From a virus (Duplodnaviria > Caudoviricetes), in the IMG/VR virus record IMGVR_UViG_3300007171_000004, positions 192,001-256,000 of that record: a stretch of DNA of 64,000 nucleotides; one strand, written 5' to 3'. A program made the translations under genes and the position numbers. Of this stretch, positions 29,414-37,975 are shown one piece after another (the stretch's first letter is position 1; each line of letters starts with the position of its first letter). The notes under the pieces are model-generated. The model saw only the letters and a list, made by a program, of their open reading frames with translations, was not told the origin of the DNA and ran no database searches.

Positions 29414-30379
29414 TTAAAAATCCTCATCTGTACTAAAACCCTTGTTACCCTTGTCAAAGGTTCCACTTTTGTTATATTCTGCTACACGCTTCTCGAAAAA
29501 GTTTGTCTTGTTATCTAAGGCAATATTTGTCATGAAGTCAAACGGGTTCTCTGTGTTGTATACTTTACCAATCTTTAGGTCTACAAGCAATCTATCAGTA
29601 ACATATTCAAGATATTGTTTCATAAGATCTGAGTTCATTCCAATCAAAGATACTGGTAAAGCGTCAGTGATAAATTCCTTCTCGATTTCTAGAGCAGATT
29701 GTAAAATTTCAATTACTCTTTCTCGTGGGAGTTTATTTTCAATATGATTGTTATATAGATGAACTGCAAAATCTGTATGCAAACCTTCATCACGAGAAAT
29801 AAGTTCGTTTGAGAATGAAAGTCCTGGCATCAATCCACGCTTCTTGAGCCAGAAAATTGAACAGAATGATCCAGAAAAGAAAATTCCCTCAACGGCAGCG
29901 AAAGCAATTAAACGCTCACAAAAAGAACCAGAGGTAATCCAGCGCAATGCCCATTCTGCCTTCTTCTTGACCACAGGGACAGTTTCAATAGCTCTGAAGA
30001 GGTAATCTTGCTCAGCCTTATCAGTGATATAAGCATTGATCAAAAGGCTATACATTTGACTATGAATATTCTCCATCATAATCTGAAAGCCATAAAAATG
30101 CTTTGCTTCTGGATACTGAACTTCCTTTACAAAATTCTCAGCAAGGTTTTCATTTACAATGCCATCAGAAGCTGCAAAAAATGCTAATACATGCTTAATA
30201 AAGTGCTTCTCATTTTCACTGAGTTTAGTTTCCCAGTCAGTCTTATCTGGATATAAATCTACTTCCTTTGTAGTCCAGAACGTTGCTTCCGCCTTCTCAT
30301 AAAATTCAAAGATATCTTGAATCACTTCATCTGGTCGGAATACAAATCGATTGTTGTTTTCTTCTAATATTTTTTCCAT
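29414..30379 (-). CDS. nrdB: Class Ia ribonucleotide reductase beta subunit
   Basis: [42 protein letters not shown]. Confidence 0.97.
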   Translation of the reverse strand: MEKILEENNNRFVFRPDEVIQDIFEFYEKAEATFWTTKEVDLYPDKTDWETKLSENEKHFIKHVLAFFAASDGIVNENLAENFVKEVQYPEAKHFYGFQIMMENIHSQMYSLLINAYITDKAEQDYLFRAIETVPVVKKKAEWALRWITSGSFCERLIAFAAVEGIFFSGSFCSIFWLKKRGLMPGLSFSNELISRDEGLHTDFAVHLYNNHIENKLPRERVIEILQSALEIEKEFITDALPVSLIGMNSDLMKQYLEYVTDRLLVDLKIGKVYNTENPFDFMTNIALDNKTNFFEKRVAEYNKSGTFDKGNKGFSTDEDF

Positions 30380-30448
30380 TTAACTATCACCCTTAGGCCT
30401 CTCTATATTACCCGGTACTATATATTCACGCACGAAATTTCGACAAAA

Positions 30449-30472
30449 AAACCAACTTTAAATAGTTGGTTT
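30449..30472 (-). terminator. Intrinsic terminator
   Basis: aaaccaact-N6-agttggttt stem followed by Ts on the minus strand. Confidence 0.7.
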
Positions 30473-30510
30473 AGATGTTATTGAAAATAATTGTTAATTA
30501 TTAACAATTA

Positions 30511-30975
30511 TTATGTCATAAGATTATCAGGTATGATAACTCTTAATTTTTTTATAAGGTTGTGTACATCAGAATGCAAATCATTATCTTTTATATAATT
30601 TACAACCCTTGAATATGCTTCTCTGTAATCAATATTTAAATCATCGCCTACGAAAAAAGCAGTTTTTACTAATGCACAATGAACTAAATGATTTGCTTCT
30701 TCATTATTTTCAACAAGTAAAATAGAGTCATCTTCATCATTTGTGTCAACCTTCATTTTTGTATTTTCAAAGGCAAGAGACATTCTCAAAAGATCTCTCC
30801 AAGGGGTACTTGTTCTGATATTTTTATTCTGCAAGACACTGGGTAATTCCTTAGAATTTAAGGTCTTCATCGCAGTATAAACAGGCTGATTCTTATTGAT
30901 AACAGCTGATACTACCTTTTGTTTCCTACTGCGCCATAATTCAAATTTTTGATTCATTTTAATATTATCTGACAT
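30511..30975 (-). CDS. Hypothetical protein
   Basis: 154-aa ORF. Confidence 0.65.
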   Translation of the reverse strand: MSDNIKMNQKFELWRSRKQKVVSAVINKNQPVYTAMKTLNSKELPSVLQNKNIRTSTPWRDLLRMSLAFENTKMKVDTNDEDDSILLVENNEEANHLVHCALVKTAFFVGDDLNIDYREAYSRVVNYIKDNDLHSDVHNLIKKLRVIIPDNLMT

Positions 30976-30988
30976 TTATTGATACCTA

Positions 30989-31357
30989 TTACAGAGCTGC
31001 CTTGATGTCAATTGCAAAAATTCTTGTGCAAACACCCTTAGTTCGCTTGCCATTAATTTCAGCAAAGTATTCAGATTGTCTATTCACAAGAACAGATCCA
31101 TTAGTAAGAGATTCAACTTCTCTTGAGGCTAATCTAAATGCATTCATGGTTGCATTCAAGGCTGTTGGGCCTACAGAAAGAATTTTAACGTAATCATGTT
31201 CCTTTAAAACATGCAGAATACTCCTTGATAGGCCTACTGGATCTGTAGGCCTTCTGCTACCATCGGGGTCATTAGGATCTCCACCACGTACTCTTAAAAT
31301 TCTAGGATCCTTTTGATTCTTAATCTTATCATTATCTACATCATAAATATCGTTCAT
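30989..31357 (-). CDS. spoVS: SpoVS-like (Alba-fold) protein
   Basis: ILRVRG...TDPVGLSRSILHVLKEHDYVKILSVGPTALNATMNAFRLASREV...EINGKRTK aligns by eye with SpoVS (VLKVS..S.P..VAGAL...EIQAIGAGALNQAVKA.AIARG.V...IDGEERT). Confidence 0.7.
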   Translation of the reverse strand: MNDIYDVDNDKIKNQKDPRILRVRGGDPNDPDGSRRPTDPVGLSRSILHVLKEHDYVKILSVGPTALNATMNAFRLASREVESLTNGSVLVNRQSEYFAEINGKRTKGVCTRIFAIDIKAAL

Positions 31358-31360
31358 TTT

Positions 31361-32329
31361 TTAAACTTCCAACCCTAAAAGGGACATTTTATTTTTAAGA
31401 GAATTTAAAGCAGTATTAAATTCATCGATCGTACATCTATATACACTAGCATTAAACACAATTTTCTTTTTGCCAGAAAGTGCATTGCTAATAATCTTTT
31501 CTTCTAACAAACTAAGATTCATATTAACTAAGTCATTGATTTTATTTGAGTCCTCAATTCGATCATACGTACAATTTTCATCTCCCTCATTGTCATCTTG
31601 GTTATAAACACTCATTAATCTAGGGGATACTGTTTGATATCCTGGATACATTTCGTTGAATTTTTGAAATAATAGAGTTGAATGCTTTGATAATAAGTGC
31701 TTTTTAATTGCTTCTTTAAGTGCATTCTTTTTGCAAATTTCACAATCTTCATTGACTGTTTCACAAGTGCATTCGATAGTACGTGGAGTTTTAAAGCTTT
31801 TACAAAATGGACAGTGTGCCAAAGTTTCTAAATCAAATCCAGAATTATTCATATGATCCCACAAGATATCACTGTGACATTTTCTCAAGTGAGTAGAAAG
31901 AGGAGAAACAAATTTATCACAAATTGGACATTTACATGATGGATTTCTTTTAGCTGCATTATCTGCTTTTACCAAATTGATATAGTTATGATGTAAAGCT
32001 CCAATAAAATAATTCTTAAATTCTCCACTTCCACCGTATCTGGACACTTTTCTTAGATTTCTTGGCTGCCAATTAGAAAGTACATTACAAAAAATCTTCA
32101 TATATTCAATCGAAAAATCATCATAAGAGTCATATAGATAATAATATTGATTGTACCATTCTTGAATATGTAAATTTGGTGGATAAATAGCACAAATCTT
32201 ATTATAATACAAATCAATTGCTCTTTGATTATTTGTTTCAAGGGCTTTTTGATATCTTATAATTGCATCTTCTAACTGTGTCTGATATTCTTTAGACTTC
32301 TTATCAACTTTGGGTGTTACTACTGACAT
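31361..32329 (-). CDS. Sigma-factor-like protein with inserted Zn-finger domains
   Basis: Region-2-like YDDFSIEYMKIF...EFKNYFIGALHHNYINLVK...KRNP, then CPIC...HLRKCH and CPFC...C...C...HLLSKH, then LSLLEEKII. Confidence 0.5.
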   Translation of the reverse strand: MSVVTPKVDKKSKEYQTQLEDAIIRYQKALETNNQRAIDLYYNKICAIYPPNLHIQEWYNQYYYLYDSYDDFSIEYMKIFCNVLSNWQPRNLRKVSRYGGSGEFKNYFIGALHHNYINLVKADNAAKRNPSCKCPICDKFVSPLSTHLRKCHSDILWDHMNNSGFDLETLAHCPFCKSFKTPRTIECTCETVNEDCEICKKNALKEAIKKHLLSKHSTLLFQKFNEMYPGYQTVSPRLMSVYNQDDNEGDENCTYDRIEDSNKINDLVNMNLSLLEEKIISNALSGKKKIVFNASVYRCTIDEFNTALNSLKNKMSLLGLEV

Positions 32330-32387
32330 AATTTTTTAATTTCAAATCTTTCGATCTGAAACTATTTTGCCATAATTATTTAAAAAG

Positions 32388-34181
32388 TCAAGCTGTTTTA
32401 GATGGTTTGATGTCTTCTATGATAAGAGATATGTTTTTCCTACCATAAAATGAATCTTCAGACAATGTAAAAGCGACATCATAGAAATTTCCCTCAATAA
32501 ATGTATCAAATAAATATCCTTTGCGCCACCCATTTGCATCAATAGTATTAGTTGATGATTTACTTGAGAATTTTAATTTAAGATGTTTATCATTTGACAT
32601 AGTGCTTTTCTTGACTAACTTAAGATTAGAAATTGAAAATACAGGATTTAAGTTCATGGAGCCAAATGGAGAAAGTTTTGTTAATTCTTCATAAGTAAAA
32701 CTAGAAACATCACTGAAACTCATTTTAGAATCAATCAAAATCACTTTATCTTCAAAAGAAACTCCAGGTTGATTTTTAGCATACTCATCTAAAGCTTTTT
32801 GAAGTGGCTTTAAATTATCTTTATGTAACTCAAATCCTGCAGCAAAAGCATGACCTCCGCAAACAGTAGAACCATCAGCACGTTTCTTAAATAACGCCCA
32901 AGCCTTTTCAGATTTTAGAGCATCAAGAATATTAAAATCCCTTACTGAACGACAAGAACCTTTTGCATATCCATCATCTTTTATCGTGCAGCATAAAGTT
33001 GGCTTGTTAAATTTTTCAGCAATCTTTCCAGCAATCAACCCAATTAAACCAGCATGCCAAGATTTAGACCAAACAACAAGAATATTCGTATTATCTAAAT
33101 CGTAATTATTCAATACAAAATTAATAGCATCTTCTGTAGCTTTTTCCTGATCAGTTTGTCGTTTCTTATTAGCATGGTCAAGTTGAGTAGCCAAGAAATT
33201 TGCTCTAACTTCATTCTTTTCCAATAATAAATCTAAAGCTGTTCCAGAATCCGCAAGTCTTCCTATAGCATTAATTCTTGGACCAATTTGAAAGCCAATA
33301 GTAGTTGTATTTACTTCTTTAGCACCAGCAACTTTTAATAAGGCTTTAACACCGGGCTTATTAGAATTTGAAAGTTTATCGCAGCCTAGATGAACTAAGA
33401 TTCTATTCTCGTCAATCATAGGAGCAACATCAGCAACAGTACCTAGAGCAACATATTCAATATTCTCCTCTACCATAGTTTTGATTGAAAATTTCCTAGA
33501 ATGCGCAAGGGCTAACATTACCTTAAAAGCAATGCCAACACCAGCTAAAGCATCAAAAGGATATCGCTTAAAGTCTTTGTTAGATTCATTAGAAAAAATA
33601 TGCCCAGGATAATGTGGATCATCTCTATTTGGATTAATGACAGCCAAACTACAAGGCAAGCTTCCATCTTCCGAGGGGTGGTGGTGATCTGTGATAATCA
33701 AATCTAGACCCTTTTGTTTCGCATATTCAGCAGTTTCAAAAGCAACAATCCCACAGTCAACAGATAGCATTAGGGTAGCATTACGTTTTATTGCTTCATC
33801 TACAGAATGCATTTTAATATCGTAACCATCTTCCATTCTGTGTGGAACTTTGTATTCGATGTTAGCACCAAGAAGATTTAGAGATGTGACAATAACAGCA
33901 GTCGCAGTAACGCCATCAACATCATAATCACCCCAGACAAAAATCTTTTCATTATTATCAATTGCTCTATTTAATCTATCAACTGCAATTCTGATGTCAG
34001 GCAAAAGAAAAGGATTGTGCATTTTTTTAATATTGACATCGAAATATTCATGAGCATCTTCTGGAGTATGAATATTTCTAGATGCCATGATGTTAGCTAC
34101 AGGCAAAGGAATCTCAAGTTCATCAGCCAAATTTGAGGCTATTTCTTTATCAAAATCAATATATTTCCAAACAGTATTCAT
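32388..34181 (-). CDS. recJ: ssDNA 5'-3' exonuclease RecJ
   Basis: GDYDVDG, SVDCG, ITDHH, ALGTVADV, GPRINAIGRL, GSCRS and GGHAFAAG motifs. Confidence 0.96.
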   Translation of the reverse strand: MNTVWKYIDFDKEIASNLADELEIPLPVANIMASRNIHTPEDAHEYFDVNIKKMHNPFLLPDIRIAVDRLNRAIDNNEKIFVWGDYDVDGVTATAVIVTSLNLLGANIEYKVPHRMEDGYDIKMHSVDEAIKRNATLMLSVDCGIVAFETAEYAKQKGLDLIITDHHHPSEDGSLPCSLAVINPNRDDPHYPGHIFSNESNKDFKRYPFDALAGVGIAFKVMLALAHSRKFSIKTMVEENIEYVALGTVADVAPMIDENRILVHLGCDKLSNSNKPGVKALLKVAGAKEVNTTTIGFQIGPRINAIGRLADSGTALDLLLEKNEVRANFLATQLDHANKKRQTDQEKATEDAINFVLNNYDLDNTNILVVWSKSWHAGLIGLIAGKIAEKFNKPTLCCTIKDDGYAKGSCRSVRDFNILDALKSEKAWALFKKRADGSTVCGGHAFAAGFELHKDNLKPLQKALDEYAKNQPGVSFEDKVILIDSKMSFSDVSSFTYEELTKLSPFGSMNLNPVFSISNLKLVKKSTMSNDKHLKLKFSSKSSTNTIDANGWRKGYLFDTFIEGNFYDVAFTLSEDSFYGRKNISLIIEDIKPSKTA

Positions 34182-34202
34182 ATCTTTATTCCTAAACCTA
34201 AA

Positions 34203-34952
34203 CTATGTAATTTTAACCTTTTTGTGGCCTTTTTCTAAACTATCAATTATCAAATTTTCAAGAAAGTCGCACCCATATTCAAGAGCAAATTCATCTGGAT
34301 CAAGATTCTCTGGTAGCAGTATATTGCAGTAATTCATTTTATGCTCTTCAATTTTCTTGATTTGTTTTTCAGAAGACATTATTCCAGCTTGATCAGAATC
34401 TAGCATTAATACTATATTTCTTGTGTAACGATAAATAAGAGCTAAATGAACTTCTGATAAATTTGTTCCACAGACAGCAACTACATTGTCAATACCTAAA
34501 GATGAAAGAATAATAGCGTCAAAATATCCTTCGACAACTACAACGTAATTTTTATTCTTTATTGAAGTTTTAGCATTATTAAGATTATATAGATGGTTTG
34601 ATTTAGAATAAGACTCATTTATCCATTTGCCTTTAAGCCATTTATTAACTCTATCTTCTTTCTTTTTTGGAGATAAATAAGGATCATTCCAAATTTCAGA
34701 AATCATGGCTTCTTTAAGTGGGTCAAAATGTCTTCCAGCAAAAGCTACATGTCTGTTGTGACAATCTTTGATAGATAAAACAATTCGACCCTTAATAAGA
34801 GGAAACCAGTGTTCATCCTGAGGATTGCATACACCAAGGTTAAACTTATGGAATAATTCTTTTTTTATTCCCCTAGATATTAAGTATTCAATAGCTTCTT
34901 TATTCATATCAAGATTGCTAGCAAATAGTTTATATTTATCTAAAATTTCCAT
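34203..34952 (-). CDS. dnaG: DnaG-type primase catalytic core plus TOPRIM (no zinc-binding domain)
   Basis: EYLISRGI, RIVLSI...FAGR, KWINESYSKS..LYN, VVEGYFD, MLDSDQAG, DPDE; 249 aa with no CHC2 finger. Confidence 0.88.
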   Translation of the reverse strand: MEILDKYKLFASNLDMNKEAIEYLISRGIKKELFHKFNLGVCNPQDEHWFPLIKGRIVLSIKDCHNRHVAFAGRHFDPLKEAMISEIWNDPYLSPKKKEDRVNKWLKGKWINESYSKSNHLYNLNNAKTSIKNKNYVVVVEGYFDAIILSSLGIDNVVAVCGTNLSEVHLALIYRYTRNIVLMLDSDQAGIMSSEKQIKKIEEHKMNYCNILLPENLDPDEFALEYGCDFLENLIIDSLEKGHKKVKIT

Positions 34953-34967
34953 CTATATAAATAGAAA

Positions 34968-34987
34968 ATGCTCTCTTTCGAGAGCAT
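34968..34987 (-). terminator. Hairpin with GAAA loop after recA
   Basis: ATGCTCTC-GAAA-GAGAGCAT followed by TTTCT on the minus strand. Confidence 0.6.
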
Positions 34988-34991
34988 CATC

Positions 34992-36158
34992 TTACTCCTC
35001 AGTCTGCTCTTCTTGCTCTGTAGGCCCTTCAAGCACGTCAGTAACAAGCTTTGCATAATTTGCCCCAGAGATTTTAATCCTACCACAAATGTACTCGAAT
35101 ACGGTAGCAGAATTATCGTTTCTCGTCTTATTAGACGGGGCTGGTTGGTCCATCAAAGCTTCTAGGAATTCATACTTATCCTTAGATTCAATTACTTCTC
35201 CTGTATCAGGATGAACATAACTGAACTTCTTTCTGACTTCTTTGATATATTCGAAGCCCTTAGACTTTGCCTTGAAAATAAATTCATCAATAAGATTTGG
35301 TGCTTCATCATCTCCAAAGAGAATTCTAAACTCACAAGAGACTCCAGGTTGAGAGTATCGAGCTTTCTCTACTCTACAAACAGATTTGCCACCAATTACT
35401 TCATCGACTCCATTTTCATCTTTACGAGTCACCTTACCAGCAGCTCCGTTAATTTTATTAATCCAGAGTCTTGCACTAGTGAAGTAACTCATAGCATTTC
35501 CACCAGAGGCTTGCTTTACCATAGAACCTGGCATTGCTCCTGAACCCATATAGAGTTGATTGATAATAATTGCCAAAGTATCAGTGGCATTACATTCTGC
35601 AACAAGTTTTTGGACAAAACGCTTTGTAAATCTTGCATGAGCTCCAATGGTAGCCACATCTTCAAGTGACTTATCATGTTCTACCGAAGGAATCATAGCT
35701 GTAATTGAGTCAATTACAATTACTCCTGCTTGACCACTATGAGCAATTTCAAGAGCAAGTTCACCATATAATTCAGCAGTTGCAACATTTTCAATCAGCA
35801 ATAAAGATTCAGTATCTACTCCGCACATTTTTGCTCTACGTGCCAAATATGAACCTTCTACATTTATAAAAACACATTGTTTTCCAAGCTTTTGTGCTTC
35901 TGCAATCACCTTATATGCTAACCAAGTTTTACCTGATTGAGTTTCTCCAGCAAATTCAACCACAATACCCTCAGGTAATCCCATTCCAGGAGCTAGAATT
36001 GCATCAATTTCAGGCACTCCTGTTGGAATATAATTTGGTTCAACTGTTTCACCGCTTGAGAGAGCCTTTTCATTAATCTTAAGAGCCTTCATTTTAGAAG
36101 CAATAAGATTCCTCAGGTCTTTGCCATTTGAATTATTATCTAATTTTACTTTTTCCAT
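34992..36158 (-). CDS. recA: RecA/UvsX recombinase
   Basis: IPTG...ID, GETQSGKT Walker A, VIDSITA, IINQL, SGGNAM.YFTS.R. Confidence 0.93.
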   Translation of the reverse strand: MEKVKLDNNSNGKDLRNLIASKMKALKINEKALSSGETVEPNYIPTGVPEIDAILAPGMGLPEGIVVEFAGETQSGKTWLAYKVIAEAQKLGKQCVFINVEGSYLARRAKMCGVDTESLLLIENVATAELYGELALEIAHSGQAGVIVIDSITAMIPSVEHDKSLEDVATIGAHARFTKRFVQKLVAECNATDTLAIIINQLYMGSGAMPGSMVKQASGGNAMSYFTSARLWINKINGAAGKVTRKDENGVDEVIGGKSVCRVEKARYSQPGVSCEFRILFGDDEAPNLIDEFIFKAKSKGFEYIKEVRKKFSYVHPDTGEVIESKDKYEFLEALMDQPAPSNKTRNDNSATVFEYICGRIKISGANYAKLVTDVLEGPTEQEEQTEE

Positions 36159-36171
36159 AATGTTTAAATCA

Positions 36172-36195
36172 AATTAGCCCCCTAAGGGGCTAATT
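36172..36195 (-). terminator. Hairpin after the SSB gene
   Basis: aattagcccc-N4-ggggctaatt, a 10-bp stem. Confidence 0.6.
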
Positions 36196-36196
36196 C

Positions 36197-37147
36197 TTAA
36201 TCCCACTCCATCCCTTCGTCAGAAATAGAATCAGTTTCCTCAACAGGTTGAGGCTTAGGCTTTGCCACTGGTTTCTCAACAACAACTTCTTCGACAACCT
36301 TAGTTGGCTTAGATGCTTCTGAGTTATAAGGCTCACGAACTGGAGCAGGTTCAGTCATGACAGGTGTAAACTTAAACATCTTGTCAAGTTGATATCCCCA
36401 TGCGAAATGCTCTTGCCACTCAGGAAGATAGGTGTTATGAGCACGATACTTATTGTACTCTGAACGGCGTTGAGCAACATCATCATCTGAAAGATTTGAA
36501 GCAGCCATCTTAAGTTCAGCCAGCATTTCCTGAGTAAGAGTCAAGTCCTTAGAATCAGCACTAACACTATATTCAATAGATTTTGGTCCAGTAAGACCTG
36601 TCTTACGAGCAGTGATGCGGAAGCATGGAGCACTATGACCACCTGCAAGGGTAGAAAAGTCTTCACGCTCATCCTCATCAAGTTCCATAGATTCATCATA
36701 ACGATTTACTTCCCACTCTGCAATTGGGCGAAAAACGCTCTTACCCTTAGTAAGGATTGCAAGTTCCCAAGTGCCATCTTCATTTCGGACGAAGCAGTTT
36801 TGTGCATACTTTTGAACGCCAACATATCCAAGCTTCTTCCATGGACACTGATTTGGGTCAGCGTGACCAATGCGAGTGATGCGATTGTTGAATTCAGCAT
36901 CTGGAAATGGAGCTAGAACAGTCTTGCCCTTCTCGGAGCCATCATACTTATATGAACCGTACTCTACGAAAGAATATGGAAGGCCTACGAGGCGAACCTT
37001 ATGAGTAATCTTAGACTCAGAGGTCTTTGAAAGTGAGAAGTTTACGAACGTGGCCTTCTTGTAAGTACCACCATTTGACGAGTTGTTGTACGTTTGTTGA
37101 GTGCGCTCTCCGATGATGTCTCGGGCAGAGCTGAAAGTATACGACAT
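36197..37147 (-). CDS. Phage single-stranded DNA-binding protein (gp32-like layout)
   Basis: Aromatic-rich OB-like core (VRLVG, KGKSVF, FRITARKTG..IEYSV) with an acidic C-terminal tail (DSISDEGMEWD); directly upstream of recA. Confidence 0.7.
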   Translation of the reverse strand: MSYTFSSARDIIGERTQQTYNNSSNGGTYKKATFVNFSLSKTSESKITHKVRLVGLPYSFVEYGSYKYDGSEKGKTVLAPFPDAEFNNRITRIGHADPNQCPWKKLGYVGVQKYAQNCFVRNEDGTWELAILTKGKSVFRPIAEWEVNRYDESMELDEDEREDFSTLAGGHSAPCFRITARKTGLTGPKSIEYSVSADSKDLTLTQEMLAELKMAASNLSDDDVAQRRSEYNKYRAHNTYLPEWQEHFAWGYQLDKMFKFTPVMTEPAPVREPYNSEASKPTKVVEEVVVEKPVAKPKPQPVEETDSISDEGMEWD

Positions 37148-37197
37148 AATTTATTTTTCTCCTAATAATAAAAGCTAGGCTTTTTCACTAACGACTA

Positions 37198-37226
37198 ATA
37201 ATACCACACTAATCAGAGACTGCAAG
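37198..37226 (-). promoter_or_regulatory. Sigma70-type promoter with extended -10, upstream of the SSB gene
   Basis: CTTGCA-17 nt-TATTAT with TGTG-N just before the -10 box; SD AGGAG downstream. Confidence 0.55.
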
Positions 37227-37967
37227 TTATTTTGAGTTATAATTGAAACTATTTATTCTCACTTCTCTACTAGGTGTTTTTGGAACATCAATTGACCTTG
37301 TTGAAGGGTCATAAGAAATGCTCGCACCTTCACTATACATGCCATTATTAATCTTTGCAATAGCTAATCTCTCTCGATATAACCGTTCCATTTGTAGTGA
37401 ATTAAATTCAATTGTTTTAACGGTGTAATCTAAAAATGTAGCTACTCTTTTTGCTTGGGCGATAGCAATGCTAAGTCTGTTTGTGTAAAAAGTACCAACA
37501 GCATCTTTATCATGCTTTGCGCCTTCTGCTAATTTGACAGTCATCTCTTTAATATTTTTTTGAGCGTTTGTCAAAATCTCTGTATGAGCATTAACGATAT
37601 CTACGAATGCTCTAATTCTATTTCTATATCTAACAAAGTTTGCATAAGTTACATAAATAGAATCCAAATTGTAATTATCTTGATGAGGTAAATCTAATTC
37701 CCAAGAATTGATTTCTTTGCGAATCTGCCCTTCATCAAAGCTAGGAAGCATTTTAATTGCATCAAACCAAGCTTGACATTCTTCCTTAAAATCTTCGACA
37801 GTAATTCCTCTAAGCTTATTACCAATTTCTTTTGAAAAATCCAGAGCAGAATAGTCGATAGTGGGCATATTTTCAGCCCACTCAAATTCAACTCCCTTTA
37901 AGATATCTTTTTTTGATAATAATTCTTGTTCAAAGTCGTTATCTAAATCGTTTTCAAAATCTTCCAT
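37227..37967 (-). CDS. Hypothetical helical protein, possible recombination mediator
   Basis: 246-aa coiled-coil-like ORF between dnaE and SSB; the function is inferred from context only. Confidence 0.6.
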   Translation of the reverse strand: MEDFENDLDNDFEQELLSKKDILKGVEFEWAENMPTIDYSALDFSKEIGNKLRGITVEDFKEECQAWFDAIKMLPSFDEGQIRKEINSWELDLPHQDNYNLDSIYVTYANFVRYRNRIRAFVDIVNAHTEILTNAQKNIKEMTVKLAEGAKHDKDAVGTFYTNRLSIAIAQAKRVATFLDYTVKTIEFNSLQMERLYRERLAIAKINNGMYSEGASISYDPSTRSIDVPKTPSREVRINSFNYNSK

Positions 37968-37975
37968 AATTTACC

